From: Candidatus Latescibacterota bacterium
GTDB lineage: Bacteria; Latescibacterota; UBA2968
Assembly: GCA_965198115.1 (NCBI GenBank)
Contig: OZ240241.1
Coordinates: 5,696,001-5,760,000 of the forward strand
Length of the DNA stretch: 64,000 nucleotides
Direction: 5' to 3'
Of the stretch, positions 50,180 to 59,544 are shown in pieces (the first letter of the stretch is position 1; every line of letters starts with the position of its first letter). The notes below the pieces were generated by a model. It had not been told where the DNA came from. It worked only from the letters and a program-made list of their open reading frames with translations, and did no database searches. The position numbers and the translations under genes were made by a program.

Positions 50180-51760
50180 ATGCTAGTCGGCTACGTAAGT
50201 GATGAACGATACATCGCGCTGGCGGATGTGTCGCTCGAGTTCAAGCGGGATGATCAGGTGCAGGCGACGCGGTCGACGGCATCGGGGACGGTGTATGCCG
50301 AAATCGAGCCAGGGGCCTGGCAGGTGACGCTGGCGAGGGATGGGTACGGATCGAAGATCGTTCAGGTCGAGGTGGAGGAGGACGAACCTTGTCAGTTTCG
50401 TCTGTTGAAGGATCGCCTGCTGGGGTATATGTGGCCGAAGGCGGTGAAGTCGGGGGAGCGTTCGGAGTTTCGGGTGCATTCGGATGAGGCGTACAAGCTG
50501 GAGCTCTGGCGATACGGCTTGGAAAAGGAGAAGATTCGGACCGTCGGATGGTTTGACGAACACGGTCCGCGTGCGACGGTCCAGATCAGTCCGGATGGAG
50601 ACTATTCACAGACAGGTATTCAGTGGAACAAAATCGGCTACACGAGCCCGACGCATAAGCAATATGTGGAGGGGCCGGAGCGGTCGGGGCTCTATTACCT
50701 TCACGCAAAAGGGGAGTCAGGACAGTTTTTCTCGTTTCCCTGGGTGGTGGCGCCTGCGGAACCTTCTGCGGATGTCGCCGTGCTGATGTCGGACATCAAC
50801 TGGAACGCCTACAACAATTTTGGCGGGCGCAGCAACTATATCCATCCGGACGAACTGCCTTCTACACCGACGACGAATGCGCGTCTCGAGCTGAAGCGCT
50901 ACACCGATCCCACGCACGTCAACTACCACGATGAGGACTACCGACCCCTGTCGTTCGATCGACCGGAGCTGATCAATCACGTTCCAAAGGATGTCGAGGC
51001 AACGGATCCGATCGAAGGTCGAGCTGCGTGCCACGTCGCGCCGACGGAGTGGCGGATCCTTGCGTGGCTGGAGCGAGAAGGGTTCGATTACGACGTCTAT
51101 TCTGAAACGCAGCTGCACTTCGGGAATCTGAATCTGGATGACTACAAGATCCTTGTTCTCGGACCCCATCCCGAGTACTGGTCGACGGAGATGTACTTCG
51201 GGCTGAAGTCGTGGGTGTTCGAGCGCGGTGGTCGATTGCTTTATCTCGGAGGAAACGGGCTGAACTGCGAGGTGGAGTTTCTGGACGACAGCCGGATGGT
51301 CGTTCACAACGAGGATGGCCAGAAGTTGCAAGCCTGGGGATTTGAGAGTCGGTTTGCGGCCCGACACGAGTCGGAAGCCAACCTGCTGGGCGTTCAATTC
51401 ACGATGACGGGAATCATGACCGGCGCACCCTATCGCGCAATCGATTCAGAGCATTGGGTGTTTGAAGGTACAGGGCTCAAGGATGGCGATCTGTTCGGAC
51501 AGGAAAGCTTGCACGAGCGAATCCCGGGTGGGGCATCTGGCCACGAGACAGACAAGATCCATCCGGAGTCGCCCGATGACACGCACCTGTTGGCCAAGGG
51601 GACGAATCCGGATGAGGGTGGAGCGGAGATGGTGATTCACGAACCGGAAGGCGGAGGTGCTGTGTTTTCGACGGGGTCGATTACGTATGCTGCGTCGCTT
51701 CTGGTGAGTGAGGAGGTTTCGAGGGTTACGGGGAATGTGATTCGGCGATTTTTGGAGTAA
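50180..51760 (+). CDS. N,N-dimethylformamidase large-subunit-like protein
   Basis: SGLYY, WNAYNNFGGRSNY, LSFDRP, WLEREG, HPEYWS, GGNG, GHETD, VFSTGSI. Confidence 0.75.
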   Translation: MLVGYVSDERYIALADVSLEFKRDDQVQATRSTASGTVYAEIEPGAWQVTLARDGYGSKIVQVEVEEDEPCQFRLLKDRLLGYMWPKAVKSGERSEFRVHSDEAYKLELWRYGLEKEKIRTVGWFDEHGPRATVQISPDGDYSQTGIQWNKIGYTSPTHKQYVEGPERSGLYYLHAKGESGQFFSFPWVVAPAEPSADVAVLMSDINWNAYNNFGGRSNYIHPDELPSTPTTNARLELKRYTDPTHVNYHDEDYRPLSFDRPELINHVPKDVEATDPIEGRAACHVAPTEWRILAWLEREGFDYDVYSETQLHFGNLNLDDYKILVLGPHPEYWSTEMYFGLKSWVFERGGRLLYLGGNGLNCEVEFLDDSRMVVHNEDGQKLQAWGFESRFAARHESEANLLGVQFTMTGIMTGAPYRAIDSEHWVFEGTGLKDGDLFGQESLHERIPGGASGHETDKIHPESPDDTHLLAKGTNPDEGGAEMVIHEPEGGGAVFSTGSITYAASLLVSEEVSRVTGNVIRRFLE

Positions 51761-51937
51761 TAAAGTTATGACCTGAACGTGGCGGCCCTCGTTACACCCT
51801 TCAGCGGTGAGGCCGCTGAAGGGCACTCGGGCACGCGGTTGTCCAAAGAGAAACCGGAGAGACCGAAAACGTGTCCCCGAGTATTTATTCCTGTTTGCCA
51901 GGTCGGGACCCTCATTTCACCTCCGAGCGACAACCAT

Positions 51938-52026
51938 TGTCACCCCGGTACGCTTCTTGGCTGGGGTCCACTTTCTGATTTGTGGTCCAAAAATTAGATC
52001 CCGGCCTGAAGCCTGCCGGGATGACA
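51938..52026 (+). repeat. REPIN family A
   Basis: tgtcaccccggtacgcttcttggctgggg...gatcccggcctgaagcctgccgggatgaca. Confidence 0.85.
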
Positions 52027-52088
52027 GTAGTCGGCTTTTCCACATCACAACTGAGCGTTTGCCGCAACTACGTCAGGCAGAGAAGCCA

Positions 52089-53204
52089 ATGAAAATCACT
52101 AAGATCGAACCCATCCCCATTCTCGTCCCGCTCAAAGCGGGCCTGACAACCAAGACTGCCCACGGCGAGCACATCGACTCGCCCTACGTCATCGTGCGTG
52201 TGCACACGGACGAGGGCATTGTTGGTCTGGGCGAGGCGACTGTTGCCCCGCGTTGGAGTGGGGAGACGAGCCCGGGGTGCTGCGCGGCGATCTCGCAGCT
52301 GATCGGGCCGGCCTTGGAGGGCGCGGATCCTTGCGACGTGAGCGCGTGTCTCGACCAGATGAATCGGGTGATCAAGCTGAACCCGTTCACGAAAGCGGCC
52401 TTGGAGATGGCGCTGTGGGATATTGCCGGAAAGGTGGCGGGTGTGCCCGTCTACCGGTTGCTGGGCGGGAAGGTGCGCGAGAACGTGGTGATGAAGATGG
52501 TCGTGGGCGCTTTCGACGTGCCGAAGGCGGTTTCGCTCGCTGAACAGTTTCTGGATTGGGGTGTGAACCACCTGAAGGTGAAGGTCGGATTGGATCCGGC
52601 AGACGATCTTGCTCGCGTCAAGGCGGTGCGAGAATTGGCCGGGCCCGACATCACGGTTGGGGTCGACGGCAATTGCGGATGGAACATCACGACAGCGCGG
52701 AAGACGTTGAAGCAGATGGAAGCCTATGACCTCTTGTTCGCGGAGCAGCCGATCGGCGTCGAGGATCCTGAAGCGTGGGTCCAGCTCAGAAACGCGACGA
52801 CGATTCCGATGATGGCCGACGAGAGTGTGTTCACGCTGTCCGATGCACACGATCTGACGTCACGTCGGGCCGTCGACATCCTGAGCATCTATCCGGGGAA
52901 GAACGGTGGCATTCTGCCGACGATGGCGATCGCGAGTGTGGCCGAGGCTGCGGGGATCGTCTGCTGTATGGGGAGTAACCTGGAGCTCGGCATTGCAACG
53001 GCGGCGATGTTGCACGTCGGTGTGGCTGCGAAGGCGATCGACAGCGAGACCTATCCAGGCGACTTCCTCGGGCCGCTGTATCACGAAGTGGACATGATCA
53101 CGGAGCCGCTATCGCTGGGACCGGAGGTGTCGTGCGTGCCGGATGGGTAGGGGCTCGGAGTGGAGCTCGATGAGGATCAGCTCGAGCGCTGGCGAGAAAG
53201 ATAA
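52089..53204 (+). CDS. Muconate cycloisomerase/dipeptide-epimerase-like enolase superfamily enzyme; in-frame TAG at 53148-53150
   Basis: KVKVG, VDGN, EQP, ADES; conserved GLGVELDE continues in frame after the TAG. Confidence 0.85.
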
Positions 53205-53398
53205 AACCTTACCACGAAATACACGAAAGAAGAACGAAAGACCTGGGACCACGGAACACACGGAAGGTGAGGAACATCCAGACGTCGGCGGCCCTACCGG
53301 GGAAGAGTGGGAAGTAGGCTTGAGCCGGGGGGCTTGCAATTGGCTAACTCACAAGCATTGAATGCTTCCCTCTGTGTAATCTGTGGTTCCCTCCGTCT

Positions 53399-54229
53399 TT
53401 ACGTGAAGCGTCGGTAGGCGTCGACGAGGTTTGTGGCGCCCTGGATGATGAAGCCTTTTTCGTCTTCGGCTTCAAAGAACAATGCGCCCTGGGAGACCCA
53501 GCGCTCGGCGTCGTCGACGTTGGCGGCTGTGGTGCCCCAGGGGACGTTATGCTGCTTGCAGATTTTCAGAATCTCTTCCATCGGTCCGCGCACAACAGGA
53601 TGCTCTTGATTCCCAGGCTGACCCATCTCCACTGAGAAGTCTCCTGGTCCCACGTAGACCATGTCGACGCCGGGCGTGGTGACGATTTCTTCCGCTCGCT
53701 CGTAACCCATCTTCGTTTCAATGTGGACGACGAGAGATGTCTCTTCGTCCTGTTCCTTCAACCAGGCTCCGTGGTCCTCTGGCAACAGGGTGTCGCTGTT
53801 GCCGTAACCCGGCGCGGCGGCGCGTGTTCCGTTGGGGGGGAACTTGATGTAGCCGATAAGCTCCTCCAGCTCTTCTCGCGACTCTGTACGCGGAAGCTGG
53901 ATTCCCACGACGCCGCACTCGAGGAGCTTGGCCACGTCTGCGCGTTCGAGTTGCGGTGTTTTCGCGATGACGGGGAGGCCGTTGTCGCGCGCGGCCTGGA
54001 CCGTGTCGGCAAGGTCGGTGGGGCTGAAGAAGACGTGCTCGTATTCGATGTAGACGAAATCGAAGCCGGCCTGCTCGTAGTACTTCACGATAGAAGGGCG
54101 AACAATCTCGCCAATGATGCCGCCGACGAGGACTTCGCCCGCTTTGAGGCGAGACTTGAGCTGCCGGCCGGGGCCCCCTTCAGGATAGAGATGGGCGCTG
54201 GGTGGGGAGATTGATCTGGGTTTGGGCAT
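53399..54229 (-). CDS. HpcH/HpaI aldolase family protein
   Basis: IEYEH, KFPPNGTR, HIET, VGPGDFS. Confidence 0.88.
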   Translation of the reverse strand: MPKPRSISPPSAHLYPEGGPGRQLKSRLKAGEVLVGGIIGEIVRPSIVKYYEQAGFDFVYIEYEHVFFSPTDLADTVQAARDNGLPVIAKTPQLERADVAKLLECGVVGIQLPRTESREELEELIGYIKFPPNGTRAAAPGYGNSDTLLPEDHGAWLKEQDEETSLVVHIETKMGYERAEEIVTTPGVDMVYVGPGDFSVEMGQPGNQEHPVVRGPMEEILKICKQHNVPWGTTAANVDDAERWVSQGALFFEAEDEKGFIIQGATNLVDAYRRFT

Positions 54230-54318
54230 TGGATTCTCCTAAAAAGCGAAAGACTGGGGAACCACAGAACACGCGGAAGGGTGATGGTGGCCCGGGGCGA
54301 CCCGGCCTTTTGTTGAAC

Positions 54319-55017
54319 TTAGACTCGCTGGTCCTCGGGCACGTCGGCGAAGTCCTGAGGCTCGTAGCCGATCGCTTTATGGCCGTGGTCCATGTCGTAG
54401 AGGGGCCAGTTGGAGGCGGACACGCCAAAGACGATTTCGTATTTCACGCCGGGATGGACAATGGCCTGTTCGAAGACGCGGACGGCGTCGCCGTGGCTGA
54501 GGTGGTGGGGATGCTCCGGCTGGTCACGATCGGCGCTGAAATTGCCGATGCGGACACAGACGACCTCCATGTCGTGCTGGGCGGAATACATGTAGCCGAG
54601 GTTCTCGCCGAAGGCTTTGCTGATCGAGTAGTAGGAGGTCGGGAGGGGGACCAGATCGACCGTGCGATGCTGGTCGCGGGGGTAGGGACTGAGTAAACCG
54701 GCGCGACTGGCGAAGGCGATGCGTTTGACACCGCATTCGCGGGCGGCTTCGAAGACGTTGTAAGTGCCAACGAAATTGCTCTGGAGAATGTCTGCCCACG
54801 GGCTGGCGCCACCGGCGCAACCACCGAGATGAATGACGGCGTCCATCCCATTGACAGCGCTCTTTACGATGTCGTAGTCGGCGAGATCGCCAACGATCGA
54901 GTCGTCGAGTTCCGGCATCGGCGCGATGTCGAAACCACGAATATCGTGACGGTCTTTAAGGCCTTTGGCGACAGTCGTGCCGACTTTTCCGGCGGCACCT
55001 GTGATGAGAACTTTCAT
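54319..55017 (-). CDS. NAD-dependent epimerase (uronate-dehydrogenase-like)
   Basis: ITGAAGKVG, YSISKAFGE, VRIG, IGYEPQD. Confidence 0.85.
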   Translation of the reverse strand: MKVLITGAAGKVGTTVAKGLKDRHDIRGFDIAPMPELDDSIVGDLADYDIVKSAVNGMDAVIHLGGCAGGASPWADILQSNFVGTYNVFEAARECGVKRIAFASRAGLLSPYPRDQHRTVDLVPLPTSYYSISKAFGENLGYMYSAQHDMEVVCVRIGNFSADRDQPEHPHHLSHGDAVRVFEQAIVHPGVKYEIVFGVSASNWPLYDMDHGHKAIGYEPQDFADVPEDQRV

Positions 55018-55182
55018 TTATTAGCTCCAGGTGATCGCATCAGGCGATGCGAGTGTGTTCGGGTGTTCCTTCCTTCCGCCTACGCTAAAGCTACGGCGGA
55101 CAGGTGGGAGGGAACCAATCGTCAGTCGTCAGAACCCCTGATTTGCGCCATCACGTGGTGGGAGCAGCCTCCCGGTTGCGAA

Positions 55183-55872
55183 CTAGCCGAACGCAATCCT
55201 CACCTCATCCAAAAATACATATCCCTCAGGTAGCCTCGAACGCCAGACGGGGTAGTCCTTTTCGGGGCGAAGGATATGAGGGTCGCCGTCGATGTCGCCC
55301 ATGGGTTCGATGTTCAGCGGGAAGAGGACGAGGAGGATGTCGACATGGACGTTTGCGAGGATGGTTTCGAACGGAAGCTCGCCGTAGTAGTCGGTTCGGT
55401 CGTGGCGGACACCGAGGCAGGTCCATTGACCGGGATCGGGTTCGCAGGTGATTGTCTGTTCGGTCCAGTCCCGGGTGACGTCGATGGGCTGGCCGGTGAG
55501 CAGCCACCCTGATGTGATGCCGTCGACGGCGCCCTGAATCAGCAGCATCAGCTGTGTGTCCTTCCACTCGATCTCGCCTTTTAGTCGTAGCGTCATCTCT
55601 GCGTTGGTGAAATCTGTCGGGTATCCGCCCTGAACGAAGTGATTGGTGCCTTCGGTTTCGTGCTGATGTTCGCTGGCTCCGCCTACCGTGTTCAACATGT
55701 AGAGCAGGTGCATATAACCAGCACCAGGTGGGGCGTGGTTGTAGTCGATCCACCAGGGGCTTCGGCTGACGGTGTAGCTGTCTCTGACTTCGAGGCGTGC
55801 GGGGCCAGCGGCGTTGCTGATCCAGCCGTACCAGCCGCCGGGGCCGTTGTCGAAGGTCTCTCGATAAACCAT
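55183..55872 (-). CDS. Conserved hypothetical protein (Trp-rich, possible carbohydrate-binding-type fold)
   Basis: Codon-consistent ORF; YRETFDNGPGGW start and DEVRI end. Confidence 0.65.
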   Translation of the reverse strand: MVYRETFDNGPGGWYGWISNAAGPARLEVRDSYTVSRSPWWIDYNHAPPGAGYMHLLYMLNTVGGASEHQHETEGTNHFVQGGYPTDFTNAEMTLRLKGEIEWKDTQLMLLIQGAVDGITSGWLLTGQPIDVTRDWTEQTITCEPDPGQWTCLGVRHDRTDYYGELPFETILANVHVDILLVLFPLNIEPMGDIDGDPHILRPEKDYPVWRSRLPEGYVFLDEVRIAFG

Positions 55873-55960
55873 TTTGTGCTCGCTTCTGGGGGTTCTCCGC
55901 TGCGCAGAGAACCAGGCGTCAGTTGTCAGTCGTCAGGAAAGAACTGCAAGCGAGAAGCGT

Positions 55961-56075
55961 TGTCACCCCGGTACGGTTCTTAGCCGGGGTCTATTTTTCG
56001 GCACAGCGGAAACCAGAATGGATCCTCCGTCGACTCCGCTCGGGACAGGCTCTTCAAAACATTGCCGAGATGACA
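55961..56075 (+). repeat. REPIN family A with 23-nt insertion at 56027-56049
   Basis: tgtcaccccggtacggttcttagccgggg...gatcct[ccgtcgactccgctcgggacagg]...gccgagatgaca. Confidence 0.8.
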
Positions 56076-56104
56076 ATATCTCCGCCACTAGGGAGGCACA
56101 ATAA

Positions 56105-57154
56105 TCAGTGTCTCTCCACGATGAGTGACTCAAATCTGTTCTCGTCCCATTCGGCGCCCCAGCCGGGGCCGTCGGGTGGGGTGAGGCAGCCTTCCTCGAC
56201 GAGGGGGGCGTTGAGGAGGCCCCACATTTCGCCCTGTTTCCGCAAGGCGTCGGGCTCTGGGGAGAAGGCTTCGAAATAGCTGGTGTTTTGGATGCTGCAG
56301 CCGAGGTGGGTGTGGATGAGGCCGTAGAGGCCGGCGGTGTGGTTGATTTCGATGTTGGTGCTGTGGAGCTCTGCGAAGTGCGCGAGTTTGAGGACCTGGC
56401 TCGTGCCGTTGCGGGCGTTGGCGCGGAGCAGATCGGTTGCGCCCTGGATAAGCCATTGTCCACTCAGGACCATGTCGTGCATCAGGGTTTCCGTCGCCAT
56501 GATGGGGATGGCAAGCTCGCGGCAGAGGACCTGATAGTGATCCATCCTCGCCTCGTGCATGGGCTCTTCGAGCCAGACGTAGTCCAGTTCTTCCAGGAGG
56601 TGGCCGATTCGTAGGGCGTCACGCAACGTGTAATGACAGACAGGGTCGTGCATGAGGGCGAAGTCCGGTCCGACGGCTTCTCGGACGGCAGTCAGGATCG
56701 GCTGATCTTCCTTGCCGTTCCGATAGGAATGGAACTTGTAGGCCTGGATGCCGGAGACCTCACGCGCACGCTCGATGTCGGCCAGATAGCCTTCCAATTC
56801 CCGTCTGGGTCCCGTCTGGTAGACGGGGAATCGGTCGCGTACTCGCCCGATCAAGGAATAGACCGGTAGTCCGGCGGCCTTCCCTGCGATGTCCCAAAGA
56901 CAATTGTCGAATTCCCCCGACCAGCCCCGACGAATGTGACGCGTGAAGTAGAGGATCTGGAATAGTTTTTCCCGTTCGAGGGGATCTTCACCCGCGACCA
57001 ACGGGCGCAGGCGATCGAATTCGGTCGGTGTCATCAGCGTAGAGCAGCGGGAGACGATGCCTTCGTCGGTGGTGACCTGGATGAAACGGACTTGCGGCCT
57101 GCTGTCGCCGTCAGGGCATTCGAGGGTGAGGAGGCCGACCGATGTGATTTTCAT
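56105..57154 (-). CDS. Mandelate racemase/muconate lactonizing family enzyme
   Basis: DNCLWDIAGK, YKFH, LMHD, WLEEP, PDGPGWG. Confidence 0.88.
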   Translation of the reverse strand: MKITSVGLLTLECPDGDSRPQVRFIQVTTDEGIVSRCSTLMTPTEFDRLRPLVAGEDPLEREKLFQILYFTRHIRRGWSGEFDNCLWDIAGKAAGLPVYSLIGRVRDRFPVYQTGPRRELEGYLADIERAREVSGIQAYKFHSYRNGKEDQPILTAVREAVGPDFALMHDPVCHYTLRDALRIGHLLEELDYVWLEEPMHEARMDHYQVLCRELAIPIMATETLMHDMVLSGQWLIQGATDLLRANARNGTSQVLKLAHFAELHSTNIEINHTAGLYGLIHTHLGCSIQNTSYFEAFSPEPDALRKQGEMWGLLNAPLVEEGCLTPPDGPGWGAEWDENRFESLIVERH

Positions 57155-57326
57155 GCTTTCTCCACGATTGAGATTCTTGTGTTGAACAGTATTGCCAAGG
57201 TGTTAGGCGATAACAATGGGTAAGGCGTCTCCGTCAGAGCACGGGGACGAGCAAGGTGGCTTTGTTAGCCGGCAGGAGGTTAAAGTCTTTCGCCAGGCTC
57301 CTGCCCGCAAGCTATTCCGAACAGAA

Positions 57327-57439
57327 TGTCACCCCGGTACGCTTCTGGGCCGGGGTCCATCGTAACTCTTGCACCTGTTCTTTCTCCCAGCGGTGCCCCG
57401 ATCAGAATAGATCCCGGCCTGATGCCTGCCGGGATGACA
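57327..57439 (+). repeat. REPIN family A
   Basis: tgtcaccccggtacgcttctgggccgggg...gatcccggcctgatgcctgccgggatgaca. Confidence 0.85.
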
Positions 57440-57471
57440 GTTTCTCGTGACGTCCTGCATCTATCAGATCC

Positions 57472-58215
57472 TCACATTTGCTGATAGAACTTCAACAGCC
57501 ATTGTTCGCTCGGGTGGTGTGATGCTTTGATGCCGGCGATGACCTTCTCGTAATCGAACGCGATGCGGCGGCGGATGATTTCATGGCCCGATTTAGTCGC
57601 TTCGAGAATCGAGTAGTGTGCGCGGCGATCCGAGGTCAGTGAATTGGCCACGCACCCGAGCGTGATGAATCGTGTGCCGTTGTGGTTCAGCTCTGCCTCT
57701 TCGTGCGTATGTCCCGCGACGACGAGCTCCGCCTCCAGATTGGGGAAGCGTTCGGCCAGCTCCTTGTCGGTGGTCTCTGGAAGAAAACCGAGCTCGTCGC
57801 TGACGAGAGACGCGTGGACGCCGAGCATGCGCGTTCCATCGGGGAGTGTGGTGCGCCGTTCGAATGGGAGATCTCTTATCCACTCGAACCATCCGGTCGC
57901 TGCGAGCGCACCTCTGGCCCATCCGTTACCCTGCTCGACGCTCTCCAATTGTGTAATCAGATCAGGGTTCTTCATGAGATGTTCGAGACCCCGTCGGCCG
58001 CCTTTGACAACATAACGGTCGGTGTTGCCTGTGACGCATCGTGCATCCGACAGGCCGTTGATTCGCTCGACGACCCCCACGGGATCGTAGCCCTGGTTGG
58101 CGTGATCGCCGAGGATCCAGTAGCCGTCGACGCCGCCCTGGGATTGGATGTCATCGAGAACGGCGTCGAACGCGACGGGATTACCGTGGATGTCGGAGAG
58201 TAGAGCGATTCGCAT
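57472..58215 (-). CDS. Metallophosphoesterase
   Basis: SDIHGN, LGD, GNTD, GHTH. Confidence 0.9.
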   Translation of the reverse strand: MRIALLSDIHGNPVAFDAVLDDIQSQGGVDGYWILGDHANQGYDPVGVVERINGLSDARCVTGNTDRYVVKGGRRGLEHLMKNPDLITQLESVEQGNGWARGALAATGWFEWIRDLPFERRTTLPDGTRMLGVHASLVSDELGFLPETTDKELAERFPNLEAELVVAGHTHEEAELNHNGTRFITLGCVANSLTSDRRAHYSILEATKSGHEIIRRRIAFDYEKVIAGIKASHHPSEQWLLKFYQQM

Positions 58216-58263
58216 GGTTCAGTGAGCGCTGTAACGACGTGTCACAGCGTCCCCGTGCAGAGC

Positions 58264-58342
58264 CCTTCGATACAACCTGCTAATGGGAACCAGAACCGCT
58301 TCGATAAAGACCTCTTACGATAAGGTCACTCAGGGTGAACGG
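58264..58342. repeat. Repeat family D
   Basis: ccttcgatacaacctg...gataaggtcactcagggtgaacgg. Confidence 0.75.
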
Positions 58343-58383
58343 TGCAGGGCGTTGTGAGCAATGTCCAACATCGAACGCCCAAC

Positions 58384-59544
58384 TCAGAATGTCGAGCGTG
58401 GCTCCGCCAGACGCCAGCGGATGATTGCAAACTTTGTGTTGCCCACACAGTTGTCCCACTTGCTGACGTCGCCGTAGCAGGAGCCGGCGAGGGTGAGCAT
58501 TTCTTCTCCATCGAAGCTGATCGTGGCCGTGTAGCCGGCTGCCCGGCCGTGGCTGATGTAGTAGACTTCGTCCTCCCACGTTTCGTCACCGTCGAGGCTG
58601 ACCATGGCCCGACCGCTTCCCATTTCGCGGGGATATCTGTGATCCATGATGGCGACCGCCCGGTTGTCGGACAGGCCGACGCCGGCGCAATAGCACTGGC
58701 CGAGAACGGTGGCCAGCTGACGTGGGGGCGTCCACGTTGAGCCACCGTCGTCGGAATGGGCGACGAAGGCGTGCTTGAACGGGAAGCCGTGATTGGCTGC
58801 GGTGGCGCCGGTGAGATCCAGGAGATCGGGTGGGTCGTCGGGCAAGGACGGACGCTGGTATCGGATGGCAGCCAGGAGGCGGCCCGATGGCAACTGATGC
58901 ACGTTCACCTCACAACACCAGCTACCGAGCACCGAGTAGGTCGGCCACGTGCGGCCTCCATCGTCCGAGCGGTAGATGCGGCAGGTCGCGGGTTCAACAC
59001 GAGCGGCTTCGTCGTCGCCGATTCGATCGGATCCCACGAGGACTGGAAGGAGCAGTGCTCCATCGTCGAGACGGGTTACGCTGAACCCCATGGCCAGAAC
59101 GCCGGATGTGTCGACTTCGACCTGTCCGATCTGGCCCCACGACGCGCCCTCATCCCCGGATGACCACACGGTTGGCGCCGATCGATCTCCTGCGTGACAG
59201 ACGTTCAGCATCGTTCCGTTCGAATCGAACTGGAGCATCCAGCCACTGAAGGCGCCCGGGTCACGCTCGAGATGAGTCCACGTCGTCCCACCGTCCTTCG
59301 ACCTGTGAAACCAGGTTCGCTGTGTGGCATATAGGGTGCCATCCGGCGACTGGACGAGGCCGAGTCTCTGGACGTGACCCTCGGGGTCGATAGGCAATCG
59401 GATTTTCTCGACGGGATGCTTTGACAGGATTCCATCCCGTGCGTGCAGAACGTAATCCCCTGCCTGCATCGCTTCCAAGTCCTCGGACGTGACATCGATA
59501 TCTCCGAGGCGGTCCGTTTTCAAATCGGTCAGGTTTTCGGCCAT
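58384..59544 (-). CDS. BNR/Asp-box (sialidase-like) protein
   Basis: SKDGGTTW, SGDEGASW, SDDGGRTW, SDDGGSTW, SLDGDETW. Confidence 0.85.
   Translation of the reverse strand: MAENLTDLKTDRLGDIDVTSEDLEAMQAGDYVLHARDGILSKHPVEKIRLPIDPEGHVQRLGLVQSPDGTLYATQRTWFHRSKDGGTTWTHLERDPGAFSGWMLQFDSNGTMLNVCHAGDRSAPTVWSSGDEGASWGQIGQVEVDTSGVLAMGFSVTRLDDGALLLPVLVGSDRIGDDEAARVEPATCRIYRSDDGGRTWPTYSVLGSWCCEVNVHQLPSGRLLAAIRYQRPSLPDDPPDLLDLTGATAANHGFPFKHAFVAHSDDGGSTWTPPRQLATVLGQCYCAGVGLSDNRAVAIMDHRYPREMGSGRAMVSLDGDETWEDEVYYISHGRAAGYTATISFDGEEMLTLAGSCYGDVSKWDNCVGNTKFAIIRWRLAEPRSTF

Noticed and set aside
51807-52088. N-terminal extension of the 447-aa ORF
   Set aside because: It translates a REPIN; the family start MKITKIE is at 52089
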